From Chloroflexota bacterium (lineage in GTDB: Bacteria; Chloroflexota; Dehalococcoidia; Lucifugimonadales; UBA3495), in the NCBI GenBank assembly GCA_009837355.1, contig VXTR01000051.1, positions 13,224 through 77,223 on the forward strand: DNA of 64,000 nucleotides. The letters are read 5' to 3'. The position numbers and the translations under genes were made by a program. Position 1 is the first letter of the stretch. Every line of letters begins with the position of its first letter. Below, piece by piece: positions 39,504-53,612 of this stretch. Below the pieces are notes generated by a model. It did no database searches, was not told the origin of the DNA, and saw nothing but the letters and a program-made list of their open reading frames with translations.

Positions 39504-40463
39504 CTAGGGCAGCTGGGCCTTGCCGATTATCTCCGACACGCTGGCGACCTCCCACTGGTGCAGCAGGGCTTCCAGCTCGGCCAGGATGCGGAATGGCGCG
39601 TTGAGGTCAGCGAGGTTGGCGCTGCCGACCTGAACTGCGGACGCGCCAGCCAGCAGGTACTCAGCGGCATGGCGACCGGTCATCACGCCGCCGACGCCGA
39701 TAATCGGGACATCCACCGCTTGGGCTGCCTTGTGCACCAGGGCCATGGCGATGGGCCGCAGGGCCGGCCCGGAGAGGCCGCCGTAGCTGGTTCCCAAAGT
39801 GGGTTTGCCAGTGTCAACATCGATGTGTAGAGCCGGCACGGTGTTGGATATAGTGAGAGCGTCGGCGCCGGCGGAGACGGCAGCGTGGGCGATTTCGGTG
39901 ATGTCGGGAACGTTGGGCGACAGCTTGACCCAGACCGGCATATCGGTTTGACGCCGGACGCCGGCCACCGCCGCCTCGGTAAGGCGCGGGTGGTGGCTGA
40001 ACATTGCGCCGTCGTCCACGTTGGGGCAGCTGAGGTTCAGCTCGATGGTAGAAAAGCCGGCGACGCCAACAGTGAAGGCCGCCATCTCTTCCCATTGCTC
40101 CGGGCTATCGGCGGCCATGCTCATCACGATGTTGGTGTCCGCCTCGGCCCACTGCGGGGCAAGGTCGGACATTGCGGCCTTGATGCCGGGGTTGGTCAAT
40201 CCGATGGAGTTCAGCAGGGTGGTTTCGCCGGCGGCCAAGCCCTCGCGGAAGGACGACGGGAACCAGCGGGGTTCGGGGTTGCCCTCCCTGGGGTGGCGGG
40301 TGAAGGTCTTGGGGAGCACCGCGCCCAAGGAAGCCAAGGGGGCGTCCGCAGAGAGACCACGGCCATAGCCGTCATAGCCGAAGGTGCCCGACGCAATCAT
40401 CACCGGGTTGGACAAGATGAGCGGCTGCCGGCGTCGCGGGGCCAGGTTCACCGTCAGGTCCAT
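39504..40463 (-). CDS. pyrD: Dihydroorotate dehydrogenase, family 1 catalytic subunit
   Basis: NPVMIASG, LNSIGLTNPG, ELNLSCPN, VKLSPN, GGLSG, GASAVQVG. Confidence 0.92.
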   Translation of the reverse strand: MDLTVNLAPRRRQPLILSNPVMIASGTFGYDGYGRGLSADAPLASLGAVLPKTFTRHPREGNPEPRWFPSSFREGLAAGETTLLNSIGLTNPGIKAAMSDLAPQWAEADTNIVMSMAADSPEQWEEMAAFTVGVAGFSTIELNLSCPNVDDGAMFSHHPRLTEAAVAGVRRQTDMPVWVKLSPNVPDITEIAHAAVSAGADALTISNTVPALHIDVDTGKPTLGTSYGGLSGPALRPIAMALVHKAAQAVDVPIIGVGGVMTGRHAAEYLLAGASAVQVGSANLADLNAPFRILAELEALLHQWEVASVSEIIGKAQLP

Positions 40464-40481
40464 GAAGCAGTACCCCCTCGT

Positions 40482-40519
40482 CTCGTCCCGACCCTCTCCC
40501 ACGAGGGGAGAGGGAGTTT
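40482..40519 (+). repeat. REP-like palindrome family A, copy upstream of pyrD
   Basis: ctcgtcccgaccctctcccacgaggggagagggagttt. Confidence 0.8.
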
Positions 40520-40523
40520 AGAC

Positions 40524-40551
40524 GTAGGGGCGAATGGTTATTCGCCCCTAC
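40524..40551. repeat. GTAG-type REP, perfect palindrome; may also act as terminator after rpoC
   Basis: GTAGGGGCGAAT-ggtt-ATTCGCCCCTAC. Confidence 0.8.
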
Positions 40552-40580
40552 CAGGTTTTATTGCGCTCCGAACCGGGGTT

Positions 40581-43500
40581 TTACAGCGCTGGAATGTCTT
40601 CATCCTCTTCGTCGAAGGGGGAGAAGATGCGTGATGCAGTGGCCTCCACTTCCCGGTCGACTTCGGAATCCGAGTCGGTGAGAGACTGGGCGCGGCGCAG
40701 CAATTCGTCTTCTTCTTCGGCGGTGCGAATCTGGTAGCCGGAGTTGTCCAAGCCATCGCCGCCGCCGGTGAAGGCCGGTGCGGGCTGGCCGGAGATAAGC
40801 TCTTCGTCGATGACGTCCTGAGGCAAGTCCAGAGCCGGCCGTTCCAAGGGGCCACCGAAGCCTTCCCCAAACTCGCCGTCTCCGGAAAGCCACGCCGGGG
40901 CCAGCACGTCGTCGTCGAACTCATCGAAGCCGTCGCTGAGGGCCAGGCTCTGCTCGGCAACCAGCAACGACTCCAGCCGGGCCGGTATCAGCCGCCCGAT
41001 GATGACGTTCTCCTTGAGGCCGCGCAGCCAGTCGCGGTCGCTGGCGACGGCGGCCATGGTGAGCACCTTGGTGGTCTCCTGGAAGGAAGCCTTGGAGAGG
41101 AAGCTGTCGGTGGTGAGAGCCGCCTTGGAAACGCCGAGGAGCAGGGTCTTGGCCGTGGCGGGTTCGCCGCCTTCGGCGAGGACATGGGCGTTCTGGTCCT
41201 GGAATCGGAACTTGTCCACCACGTCGCCGGGGATAAACTCGGTATCGCCAGCGGTTTCCACCTGGACCCGGCGGAGCATCTGGCGCAGGATAACCTCGAT
41301 GTGCTTGTCATGGATGCTGACGCCCTGGGAGCGGTACACTTCCTGGACTTCATCAATCATGTAGTGCTGAAGTCCTTCGAGGCCACGGATGTCCAGCAAC
41401 TCGCGGAGGTCCAGCGGACCTTCCACCAGAGCGTCGCCGGCCATCACTTGCTGGCCGTCGTTGACCCTGAGGTTCATCTGCGAGCCGACGTCGTACGCGC
41501 GGGACTCCTCTTCGCGCCACACCACGGTTACGCTGTCGGCGTACACTTCTACTTCACCCTGATAGTCGGAGCGAATTTCGTGCACCACGTCGGCGCCGGC
41601 CAGTGCGTTGCTGTCCTCGCCGGGCGCTTCAGAGCTGACCACCACGGCCAGCAGGTTGCCCTCGGCGATAGGTTCGCCCGGCTGCACCAGCCGGATAGCG
41701 CCTTCGGGCAGCCGGTACTCGTGGCGTTCCTCGTCGTCGTAGGTAACCCGGACGCGGCGAGAACCGTTAGCGTCTTCCTCAACGGAAACAGCGCCGTCAA
41801 TGTGGGTCAGCACGCCGGCGCCCTTGGGTGGGCGAACTTCAAAGAGTTCCTGGACGCGGGGCAGGCCGGTGGTGATGTCGGAGCCGGCGATGCCACCGGT
41901 GTGGAAGGTGCGCATGGTCAGCTGGGTGCCCGGTTCGCCAATGCTCTGGGCGGCGATGACGCCCACGGCCTGGCCGATTTCCACCAGTTCCCCGGTGGCG
42001 GGCAGCCGGCCGTAGCACATCTGGCAGATGCCCCGTGGGGTCTGACAGGTCAACGGCGAGCGGACTGGAATTCGGTCGATACCGGCGCCGATAATCTGGT
42101 CGGCGGCCTCTTCGTCAATCATTTCGTTGCGGTCGATGATGATTTCACCACTGCGTGGGTCGGCGATTACGTCGCCGGCCATGCGTCCCACGATGCGCTC
42201 GGCCAGGGTGTTGAGGTCGTCATCACCGGGCCGGGGCTGGACGTAGAACGGCTCGGCAAATTCGCAGTCGAAGTCTCGAACGATGACTTCCTGGGACACG
42301 TCAACCAGCCGTCGGGTGAGATAGCCACTGTCGGCGGTGCGCAGAGCGGTATCGGTGAGGCCCTTACGGGCTCCGTGGGTGGAGATGAAGTACTCCAAGG
42401 CGGTAAGTCCCTCGCGGAAGCTGGACTTCACCGGGCGTTCGATGATGCGGCCTTCGGGGTCGCTCATCAGGCCGCGCATACCGGCCATCTGCTTGATTTG
42501 CGCGATGTTGCCCTTGGTGCCCGACGCGGCCATAACGCCGACGCCGCCGTAGTTGCCCAAGTCTTCGGCAACTATTCCTTCCATCTGGTTGGAGGCCTCA
42601 GTCCAAGTCTTGATGACTTGCTCGTACCTTTCGTCCTCGCCCATCATGCCCATCTCGAAGTTGTCTTCGTGTTCGGCAACCCTCTGGGTGGCTTCTTCCA
42701 AGATGTTGTTCTTGTGTTGAGACACCTGGATGTCGTTGATGGCGATGGTAATGCCGGACTTGGTGGCGTAGTAGAAGCCCATTTCCTTGATGAGGTCGAG
42801 AACGTGGGCCGTTTCCTGATTGGAAAGACTGCGGTGCAGTTCAGAAGTGAGGTCCTTGATGGCACCGCGATCCATCAGCTGGTTCTTGTAGGGCATCGAG
42901 TCGGGGAGAGCCTCGTTGAAGATGAGGCGTCCCATGGTGGTCTTAAGTTTTTTCCTCTCTCCGTTCCAAGAGAGCACCGTAATCGGGGCGCGCAGGTCAA
43001 TCTGCTCGTCGGCGTAGGCAATGCGGGCCTCGTCGATGTCGTAGAACTCTTCACCGTCGCCTTTGGCTCCGGGGACCTCCTCCGTGAGGTAATAGCACCC
43101 CATCACCATATCCAAGGTGGGCGCGACAAGCGGGTCTCCGGAGGCCGGCGACAACATATTGTTGACGCTGAGCATGACCGTGCCGGTTTCGTTGACGGCC
43201 ATGGCCGACAGCGGGACGTGGACAGCCATTTGGTCGCCGTCAAAGTCGGCGTTGAAGGCCGAACACACCAGCGGATGGAGCTGGATTGCCTTACCCTCAA
43301 TCAGCACGGGCTTGAAAGCCTGGATGCCCAGGCGGTGCAAAGTGGGGGCGCGGTTAAGCATCACCGGGCGGTCCTTGATGACGTCTTCCAGGATGTGCCA
43401 GACTTCCGGCGCGGAGCGTTCCACCATCCGCTTGGCCGCCTTGATGTTGGGGGCCAGCGCGCTGAGCACCAGGCGGTGCATCACGAAGGGCTTGAACAGT

Positions 43501-45797
43501 TCGAGGGCCATAATCTTGGGGAGGCCGCACTCATCCATTTTGAGTTCGGGGCCGACCACGATGACCGAGCGGCCGGAGTAGTCCACCCGCTTGCCCAGGA
43601 GGTTCTGCCGGAACCGACCCTGCTTACCCTTAAGCAGGTCGCTGAGGGATTTCAGGGCGTGGTCGCGCTTGCCCTTGACGGCCTTGCCCTGGCGGCCGTT
43701 GTCGATGAGCGAGTCAACCGCTTCCTGAAGCATCCGCTTTTCGTTGCGAATCATCAGGCCGGGGGCGCGCATACTGGCGAACCGCTTGAGGCGATGGTTG
43801 CGGGAGAGAACCCGGCGGTAAAGGTCGTTGAGGTCGCTGGTGGCAAAGCGTCCACCGTCCAGCTGCACCATGGGGCGCAGTTCGGGGGGCAGCACGGGCA
43901 GCACGGTCATAATCATGTCCTGCATCCGGTTTTCGCTGCGGCGGAAGGTTTCCAGCAGGCGCATACGCTTGCCGGCTTTGACCCGAATCTGCGAAGAGGT
44001 GGTGCGCATTTCCAGGGCGGTGTAGTACCGTTCCTGGTCCAGGTCGGTATCCATCAGCTTCAGGAATTCCAGCACAGGCTCGGCGCCCATGTCGGCGTCA
44101 AAGGAGTCGCCCCAGAAGGGCTTGAGCCGGTCATAGCGGCTGGTGGAAAGGATGGTGAGGCGCAGGCCACCGGAGCCGCTGCGGGCGACGTAGAACTCAT
44201 CGGGGAGTTCCACGTCCTCACGAGCGCGGGCCGGCAGTTTGAGGTCATCCCAAAGCCAGTCCACGTCGGCACTGCGCAGCCGCTGGGTCGGATCCCAGCG
44301 GAGCCAGCGCATGGACTGGATCAGGTCAACCGCTTCCTTGCGACGCTCGGCGAGGGCGCGCAGCAGGTAGCCGTCGATTGTGCCGATGAGGTCATTCAGC
44401 TTGGGCAGTTCTTCGCTCCAGGCCTTGATTTCTTTCTGGCGACCATCGTCGTCAACGATTTCGGAAATCCCTTCGATGCGGCCCTCAAGCCGGCCGATGG
44501 CCTTCATGTCGTCGCTGTCAGGGTGCAACCGTTCCAACAGGGCGGAGAAAGCGGGAACGTTCCAACCGCGGCCTTCGGGGTTATCTTCGGAGCGGCGGTT
44601 GTTCCAAGTGCGAACCGCTTCTTCAATCTGGGTGAGGGAAGCGTGGATTTCCGACAGGTCGTCAGTCATCGACTGGCGAACGGCAGCGTCATCGGTCTGC
44701 GGAGCGCCGATGACGAAGATGCCGTACAGGTCCTTGAGCGTGGGCAGCAGCACTTCCTCGTCAACGGCAGTGATGTCCGCTTCCAGGCGGTCGGCAGCGT
44801 CGGCCACGTCGTCCTGGCGCTCTTCGGTGGGGTCTTCCTGCCAGGCAGAGAAGGCGGCGATCACCGCTGCAGCGTTCTCACCAAGCCGCTGTAGCCCGTC
44901 GGCGACGGGCGCTGAGCCGTGATAGAACCGCGAGATGGCAGCGGCAACAGGGTCGCCGTCCACGGCCAGGGTTGACAGTCGTTCGGGGGATTCCAGGTCG
45001 GCCTGGCTGAGCACGTTCAGGCCGGCCGCGACGATGGCGGCATGGGCTGCGACGCTGGTGTCGGCTACATCCTGGATGGACTGCAGCGCGGGGGTGAAGT
45101 CCTCGTCAGCGCCGGCCTCAGCGGAGGTGAGCCGGCCCAGGGCCACGCGGGCAAAGGTAACCATGTCGCCCAAGCGATCAGGAAGCGTGCCCAGGGCAGC
45201 GGAGGCTTCGGTGCGGCGGCTTTCCAGGTCCCAGTCGGCGATGCGGCTGGCGAGGCTCTGCAAGGAGCGGTCGGCCGTGGTGATTGCGCCGCCGCGAATC
45301 TGTTCCACCTCGCTGACGTGGCGATCCATCTGCTCGCGCATCAGGTCAACGTCGACCTGGTTGATGACGTAGGCCGAGTAATAGAGGACGCGGGTGAGGT
45401 CGGACAGCTTGAGATCCAGCGTGAGGCTCATGACGCTGGGCGTGTTCTTGACGAACCAGATGTTGGCCACCGGGGCGGCCAGGGCGATATGCCCGAGGCG
45501 CTGGCGACGGACGTTGGAGCGGGTAACTTCAACGCCGCAGCGGTCGCAAACTACGCCCTTATATTTCTGGCGCTTGTACTTGCCACACTGACATTCCCAG
45601 TCCTTGGTAGGGCCGAAAATCTTCTCGCAGAACAGGCCGTCCTTTTCGGGACGCTGGGTGCGGTAGTTGATGGTCTCTCCCTTCTGCACTTCTCCGGAGG
45701 ACCAGCCGCGAATCTGTTCGGGCGAGGCGATGGAGATGCGAATGGCGTTGAAGTCGGAGGAGGTAGTGGCTTCGCGAGAGTCGAGCATCCTGACCAT
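40581..45797 (-). CDS. rpoC: DNA-directed RNA polymerase subunit beta' with a ~390-aa insert and an acidic tail
   Basis: N-terminal Zn finger, GKQGRFRQNLLGKRVDYSGRS, NADFDGD, GEPGTQLTMRTFH; GGAGG RBS. Confidence 0.97.
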   Translation of the reverse strand: MVRMLDSREATTSSDFNAIRISIASPEQIRGWSSGEVQKGETINYRTQRPEKDGLFCEKIFGPTKDWECQCGKYKRQKYKGVVCDRCGVEVTRSNVRRQRLGHIALAAPVANIWFVKNTPSVMSLTLDLKLSDLTRVLYYSAYVINQVDVDLMREQMDRHVSEVEQIRGGAITTADRSLQSLASRIADWDLESRRTEASAALGTLPDRLGDMVTFARVALGRLTSAEAGADEDFTPALQSIQDVADTSVAAHAAIVAAGLNVLSQADLESPERLSTLAVDGDPVAAAISRFYHGSAPVADGLQRLGENAAAVIAAFSAWQEDPTEERQDDVADAADRLEADITAVDEEVLLPTLKDLYGIFVIGAPQTDDAAVRQSMTDDLSEIHASLTQIEEAVRTWNNRRSEDNPEGRGWNVPAFSALLERLHPDSDDMKAIGRLEGRIEGISEIVDDDGRQKEIKAWSEELPKLNDLIGTIDGYLLRALAERRKEAVDLIQSMRWLRWDPTQRLRSADVDWLWDDLKLPARAREDVELPDEFYVARSGSGGLRLTILSTSRYDRLKPFWGDSFDADMGAEPVLEFLKLMDTDLDQERYYTALEMRTTSSQIRVKAGKRMRLLETFRRSENRMQDMIMTVLPVLPPELRPMVQLDGGRFATSDLNDLYRRVLSRNHRLKRFASMRAPGLMIRNEKRMLQEAVDSLIDNGRQGKAVKGKRDHALKSLSDLLKGKQGRFRQNLLGKRVDYSGRSVIVVGPELKMDECGLPKIMALELFKPFVMHRLVLSALAPNIKAAKRMVERSAPEVWHILEDVIKDRPVMLNRAPTLHRLGIQAFKPVLIEGKAIQLHPLVCSAFNADFDGDQMAVHVPLSAMAVNETGTVMLSVNNMLSPASGDPLVAPTLDMVMGCYYLTEEVPGAKGDGEEFYDIDEARIAYADEQIDLRAPITVLSWNGERKKLKTTMGRLIFNEALPDSMPYKNQLMDRGAIKDLTSELHRSLSNQETAHVLDLIKEMGFYYATKSGITIAINDIQVSQHKNNILEEATQRVAEHEDNFEMGMMGEDERYEQVIKTWTEASNQMEGIVAEDLGNYGGVGVMAASGTKGNIAQIKQMAGMRGLMSDPEGRIIERPVKSSFREGLTALEYFISTHGARKGLTDTALRTADSGYLTRRLVDVSQEVIVRDFDCEFAEPFYVQPRPGDDDLNTLAERIVGRMAGDVIADPRSGEIIIDRNEMIDEEAADQIIGAGIDRIPVRSPLTCQTPRGICQMCYGRLPATGELVEIGQAVGVIAAQSIGEPGTQLTMRTFHTGGIAGSDITTGLPRVQELFEVRPPKGAGVLTHIDGAVSVEEDANGSRRVRVTYDDEERHEYRLPEGAIRLVQPGEPIAEGNLLAVVVSSEAPGEDSNALAGADVVHEIRSDYQGEVEVYADSVTVVWREEESRAYDVGSQMNLRVNDGQQVMAGDALVEGPLDLRELLDIRGLEGLQHYMIDEVQEVYRSQGVSIHDKHIEVILRQMLRRVQVETAGDTEFIPGDVVDKFRFQDQNAHVLAEGGEPATAKTLLLGVSKAALTTDSFLSKASFQETTKVLTMAAVASDRDWLRGLKENVIIGRLIPARLESLLVAEQSLALSDGFDEFDDDVLAPAWLSGDGEFGEGFGGPLERPALDLPQDVIDEELISGQPAPAFTGGGDGLDNSGYQIRTAEEEDELLRRAQSLTDSDSEVDREVEATASRIFSPFDEEDEDIPAL

Positions 45798-45800
45798 GAT

Positions 45801-50360
<4,560 letters not shown>

Positions 50361-50554
50361 ACAGTCGACACTCCTGGCGGGTTCGGAAGGTTGGGTTAAC
50401 GGGAGGCAGCCGGCCCCTCGTGGAACACCAATAGACACGTAGATTCGGCCCGCCGGCAACGGCAAGCCGAATCAATGGTTGGTCAGAATAAAGGGCGCAG
50501 GCGAAAATTCAGGGGAATCGCGGTGGCTGGCATACTGGACATCAGGGTTTTCAC

Positions 50555-50583
50555 AGATTACCCGATTTCCATAATTTTGTCAA
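50555..50583 (-). promoter_or_regulatory. Near-consensus sigma70 promoter for rpoBC
   Basis: Minus strand TTGACA-17 nt-TAATCT, about 195 nt upstream of rpoB. Confidence 0.75.
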
Positions 50584-50618
50584 CCGAGGGCGCCGGCCGG
50601 AATCGGCGGTTTTAGCGG

Positions 50619-52034
50619 CTAGCCACCGCCGGCGCGCACCTCCAGGCTGGGCTTGGTCATCTCTTCCGGGTCGAGCAAATCGTCCAGCTCCGCCTCGGAG
50701 AGCGAGGTTTCGGCCAGGGCGATTTCCCGGATGGTCTGACCGGTCTCCGCCGCCTTCTTGGCGATGCCGGCCGCGGCGTCGTACCCGATGGACGGCGCCA
50801 GCGCCGTGCCCAGCATCAAGCCCTTTTCCACCATGGCCGGGCCGGTGTCGGTAGCCGTGATGCCGACGACGCACTGCCGGGCAAAGTTCCGTGCGGAAGC
50901 CGACAGCAACGACACCGACTGCAGCAGGTTGTAGGCCGCCAGTGGCATCATGGTGTTCAGCTCAAAGTAGCCGCCGGCACCGGCCAGGGCCACCGCAGCG
51001 TCGTTGCCGACCACGTGGGCCGATACCTGTATAACTGACTCGGAGATAACCGGGTTGACCTTGCCCGGCATGATGCTGCTGCCCGGCTGAACTTCGGGCA
51101 CGTTGATCTCGCCCAGGCCGGCGCGGGGGCCGCAGCCCAGGAACCGGATGTCGTTGGCAATCTTGTGCAGGCTGACGGCCACGGTTTTGAGCTGGCCGCT
51201 GGCCTCCACGATGCCATCCAGGGCGGCTTGAGCCTGGAAGTGGTTGCCGGTTTCACGGACGTTGACCCCGGTTATCTCATTGATGGTGGCGCAGGTGCGG
51301 GCGGAGGATTCGGGATGCGTGTTGACGCCGGTGCCGACGGCGGTGCCGCCCAAGGCAACCTCGGCCAGAGCTTCCTCGGCGCGGCGGACGCGAGCGATGC
51401 TGTACTCAGCTTGGCCGGCATATCCGGCGAACTCCTGGCCCAGGCGCACCGGCGTGGCGTCCTGCAGGTGAGTCCGCCCGGTTTTGACGATGGGCCAGAA
51501 CTCATCGGCCTTGCCCTGCAGGGCGACGCGGAGCTCCTCCAGGGCCGGTTTCAGGTCTTCCTTCATGCCCAGCAGAGCGGCCAGGTGGATGGCCGTGGGT
51601 ATCACGTCGTTGGACGACTGGCCCAGGTTCACGTTGTCGTTGGGGTGAACCAGGCGGGAACCCAAGTCGCCGCCGAGAATCTGGGAGGCTCGGTTGGCGA
51701 TGACCTCGTTGGCATTGGTGTTGGTGGAGGTTCCGGAGCCGGTCTGGAAGATGTCCAGGACGAAGTGCGCGTCGTGCTGCCCATCGGCGACTTCCTGGGC
51801 CGCCTGCACGATGGCGTTGCCGACGGATTCGTCCAGCACGCCCAGGCTCATATTGGTGCGGGCGCAGGCCAGCTTGATGAGGCCCAGCGCGCGGATGAAC
51901 TGGCGCGGGAAGCGCAGGTCGCTGATGGGGAAATTGAGCACGGCCCGCATGGTGGACGCGCCGTAAAGCGCATCGACGGGAACTTGCATCTCGCCCATGG
52001 AGTCGCGCTCGATGCGGGTGTTGGGGGTTGTCAT
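50619..52034 (-). CDS. fumC: Class II fumarate hydratase
   Basis: RIERDSMG, FQTGSGT, GRTHLQDATP, GSSIMPGKVNP. Confidence 0.92.
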   Translation of the reverse strand: MTTPNTRIERDSMGEMQVPVDALYGASTMRAVLNFPISDLRFPRQFIRALGLIKLACARTNMSLGVLDESVGNAIVQAAQEVADGQHDAHFVLDIFQTGSGTSTNTNANEVIANRASQILGGDLGSRLVHPNDNVNLGQSSNDVIPTAIHLAALLGMKEDLKPALEELRVALQGKADEFWPIVKTGRTHLQDATPVRLGQEFAGYAGQAEYSIARVRRAEEALAEVALGGTAVGTGVNTHPESSARTCATINEITGVNVRETGNHFQAQAALDGIVEASGQLKTVAVSLHKIANDIRFLGCGPRAGLGEINVPEVQPGSSIMPGKVNPVISESVIQVSAHVVGNDAAVALAGAGGYFELNTMMPLAAYNLLQSVSLLSASARNFARQCVVGITATDTGPAMVEKGLMLGTALAPSIGYDAAAGIAKKAAETGQTIREIALAETSLSEAELDDLLDPEEMTKPSLEVRAGGG

Positions 52035-52037
52035 TTT

Positions 52038-53588
52038 CTACTTGCCCTCCTTGATGAAGTCCGCCACCCGCTCGGCAATCATTATGGTGGTGGCGTTGGT
52101 GTTGGCGCGGATAACGTCGGGCATTACGGAGGCGTCAACGACGCGGAGGTTTTCCATGCCGTACACGCGGCAGTACTGGTCAACCACGGCGTCCAGGTCG
52201 GAGCCGGGGCCCATCTTGCAAGTGCCCGACGAATGATGCTGGGTGTAGGCGTTGCGGAGCAGCCACTGGTCAAGGGCGGCGTCGGATTCCAGGTCGGCGT
52301 CGGTGGGGTTGATTCGCTCGGCGACGAACTCGCGGAAGCCGGGCTGCTCGGCGATTTCCAAGCCGAGGCGCACGGCGGCGCGCATCCGCTGGCGGTCAAC
52401 CGGGTCGGAAAGGTAATCGTAGAATAGATCGGGCTGAACGTGGGGGTCGGTGGACGCCAGGCGGAGCCGGCCGGCGGTGGCGGCGTTTTGCAAGGCGGCG
52501 CTGAAGCCGAAGTGGAAATCGTCGGATTCGATGTTGACGCTGGCCGGGCGGTGTTCGCTGGTCATCAGGATAGGAGCCAGCTGGATGTCGCCGCGGGTGC
52601 CGGTGCCTTCGGGGCTGTAGCGCAAGCCAACCTGAATGCTGGGGGCGTCCAGCGCGGGCGGGTCGCCGACACCGCGAAAGAGGCTGAAGCAAGCGGGATG
52701 GTCGCGCAGGTTTTCGCCAACGCCGGGGAGTTCGTGAACCAAGGGGATACCCATCTCGCGCAGGTGGTCGGCGGGGCCGACGCCGGAGAGCAGCAGGATT
52801 TGGGGCGAGGCGATGGCGCCGCCGCTGAGGATGATCTGGTCGCCGTAGGTGGCAAAGACGTCGCCGCCGCTTTCGGCCTCCACGCCGACGGCCTTCTTGC
52901 CATCGAAGAGGATGCGCCGGGCGACCACGCTGCCGCGCACGGTGAGGTTGAGGCGGTGGCGGGCCATGGACAGGTAGGTGAGCGAGGTGCTCATCCGAAC
53001 GCCGTCGATGTTGTTCAGCGGACGGGCGGCGATGCCGCTGGAGTCGGGATGGTTCTGGTCCGGGTCTTCGGGGAATCCCAGGGTGCGGCAGGTGTCATAG
53101 AAGGCTTCGGCCACGGGCAGCCATTCCTCGCGCTTGTAGCGCCGCACCGGGATGGGGCCGCTGTCGCCGTGAAAGTCGTCGCCGGGGAAGTCCAGGTCGT
53201 TTTCCAGGCGGCGGAAGTAGGGCAGCACCCTGGTGAATGACCATTCGTCGTTGCCCCAGATGCCCCAGTTGTCGTAGTCCTCGGGGACGCCGCGGAAGAG
53301 GACCTGGCCGTTGATGCTGCTGGAGCCGCCCATGGCCTTGCCGCGAGGGATGATGATGGGTTCTTCCTGCTGGGGCGTGCCCCGGGCGAGGTAGCCCCAA
53401 CTATGGTCTCCGTAGGCGGAGCGCCAGACGTTGTTGCCCTCCTTGAGGTCAACGGGCAGATACTCGAAGTCGGGGTAGTCGGGGCCGGCTTCCAGCAGGA
53501 GGACGGATACGTCGGGGTCTTCGGTAAGGCGCGAGGCCAAGGCGCAGCCGGCGGAACCGCCGCCGACGATGATAAAGTCGTAGTTCAT
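52038..53588 (-). CDS. GMC family oxidoreductase (choline dehydrogenase/MftG-like)
   Basis: VGGGSAG, GGSSSING, LRVVDASVMP, NTNATTIMIAER. Confidence 0.92.
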   Translation of the reverse strand: MNYDFIIVGGGSAGCALASRLTEDPDVSVLLLEAGPDYPDFEYLPVDLKEGNNVWRSAYGDHSWGYLARGTPQQEEPIIIPRGKAMGGSSSINGQVLFRGVPEDYDNWGIWGNDEWSFTRVLPYFRRLENDLDFPGDDFHGDSGPIPVRRYKREEWLPVAEAFYDTCRTLGFPEDPDQNHPDSSGIAARPLNNIDGVRMSTSLTYLSMARHRLNLTVRGSVVARRILFDGKKAVGVEAESGGDVFATYGDQIILSGGAIASPQILLLSGVGPADHLREMGIPLVHELPGVGENLRDHPACFSLFRGVGDPPALDAPSIQVGLRYSPEGTGTRGDIQLAPILMTSEHRPASVNIESDDFHFGFSAALQNAATAGRLRLASTDPHVQPDLFYDYLSDPVDRQRMRAAVRLGLEIAEQPGFREFVAERINPTDADLESDAALDQWLLRNAYTQHHSSGTCKMGPGSDLDAVVDQYCRVYGMENLRVVDASVMPDVIRANTNATTIMIAERVADFIKEGK

Positions 53589-53612
53589 AAGAAATAAACC
53601 TCTCGGTCAGGG

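Noticed and set aside
50361..50465. 35-aa N-terminal extension of RpoB in the ORF track
   Set aside because: An AGGAG RBS supports ATG 50360; the upstream part is better read as leader.
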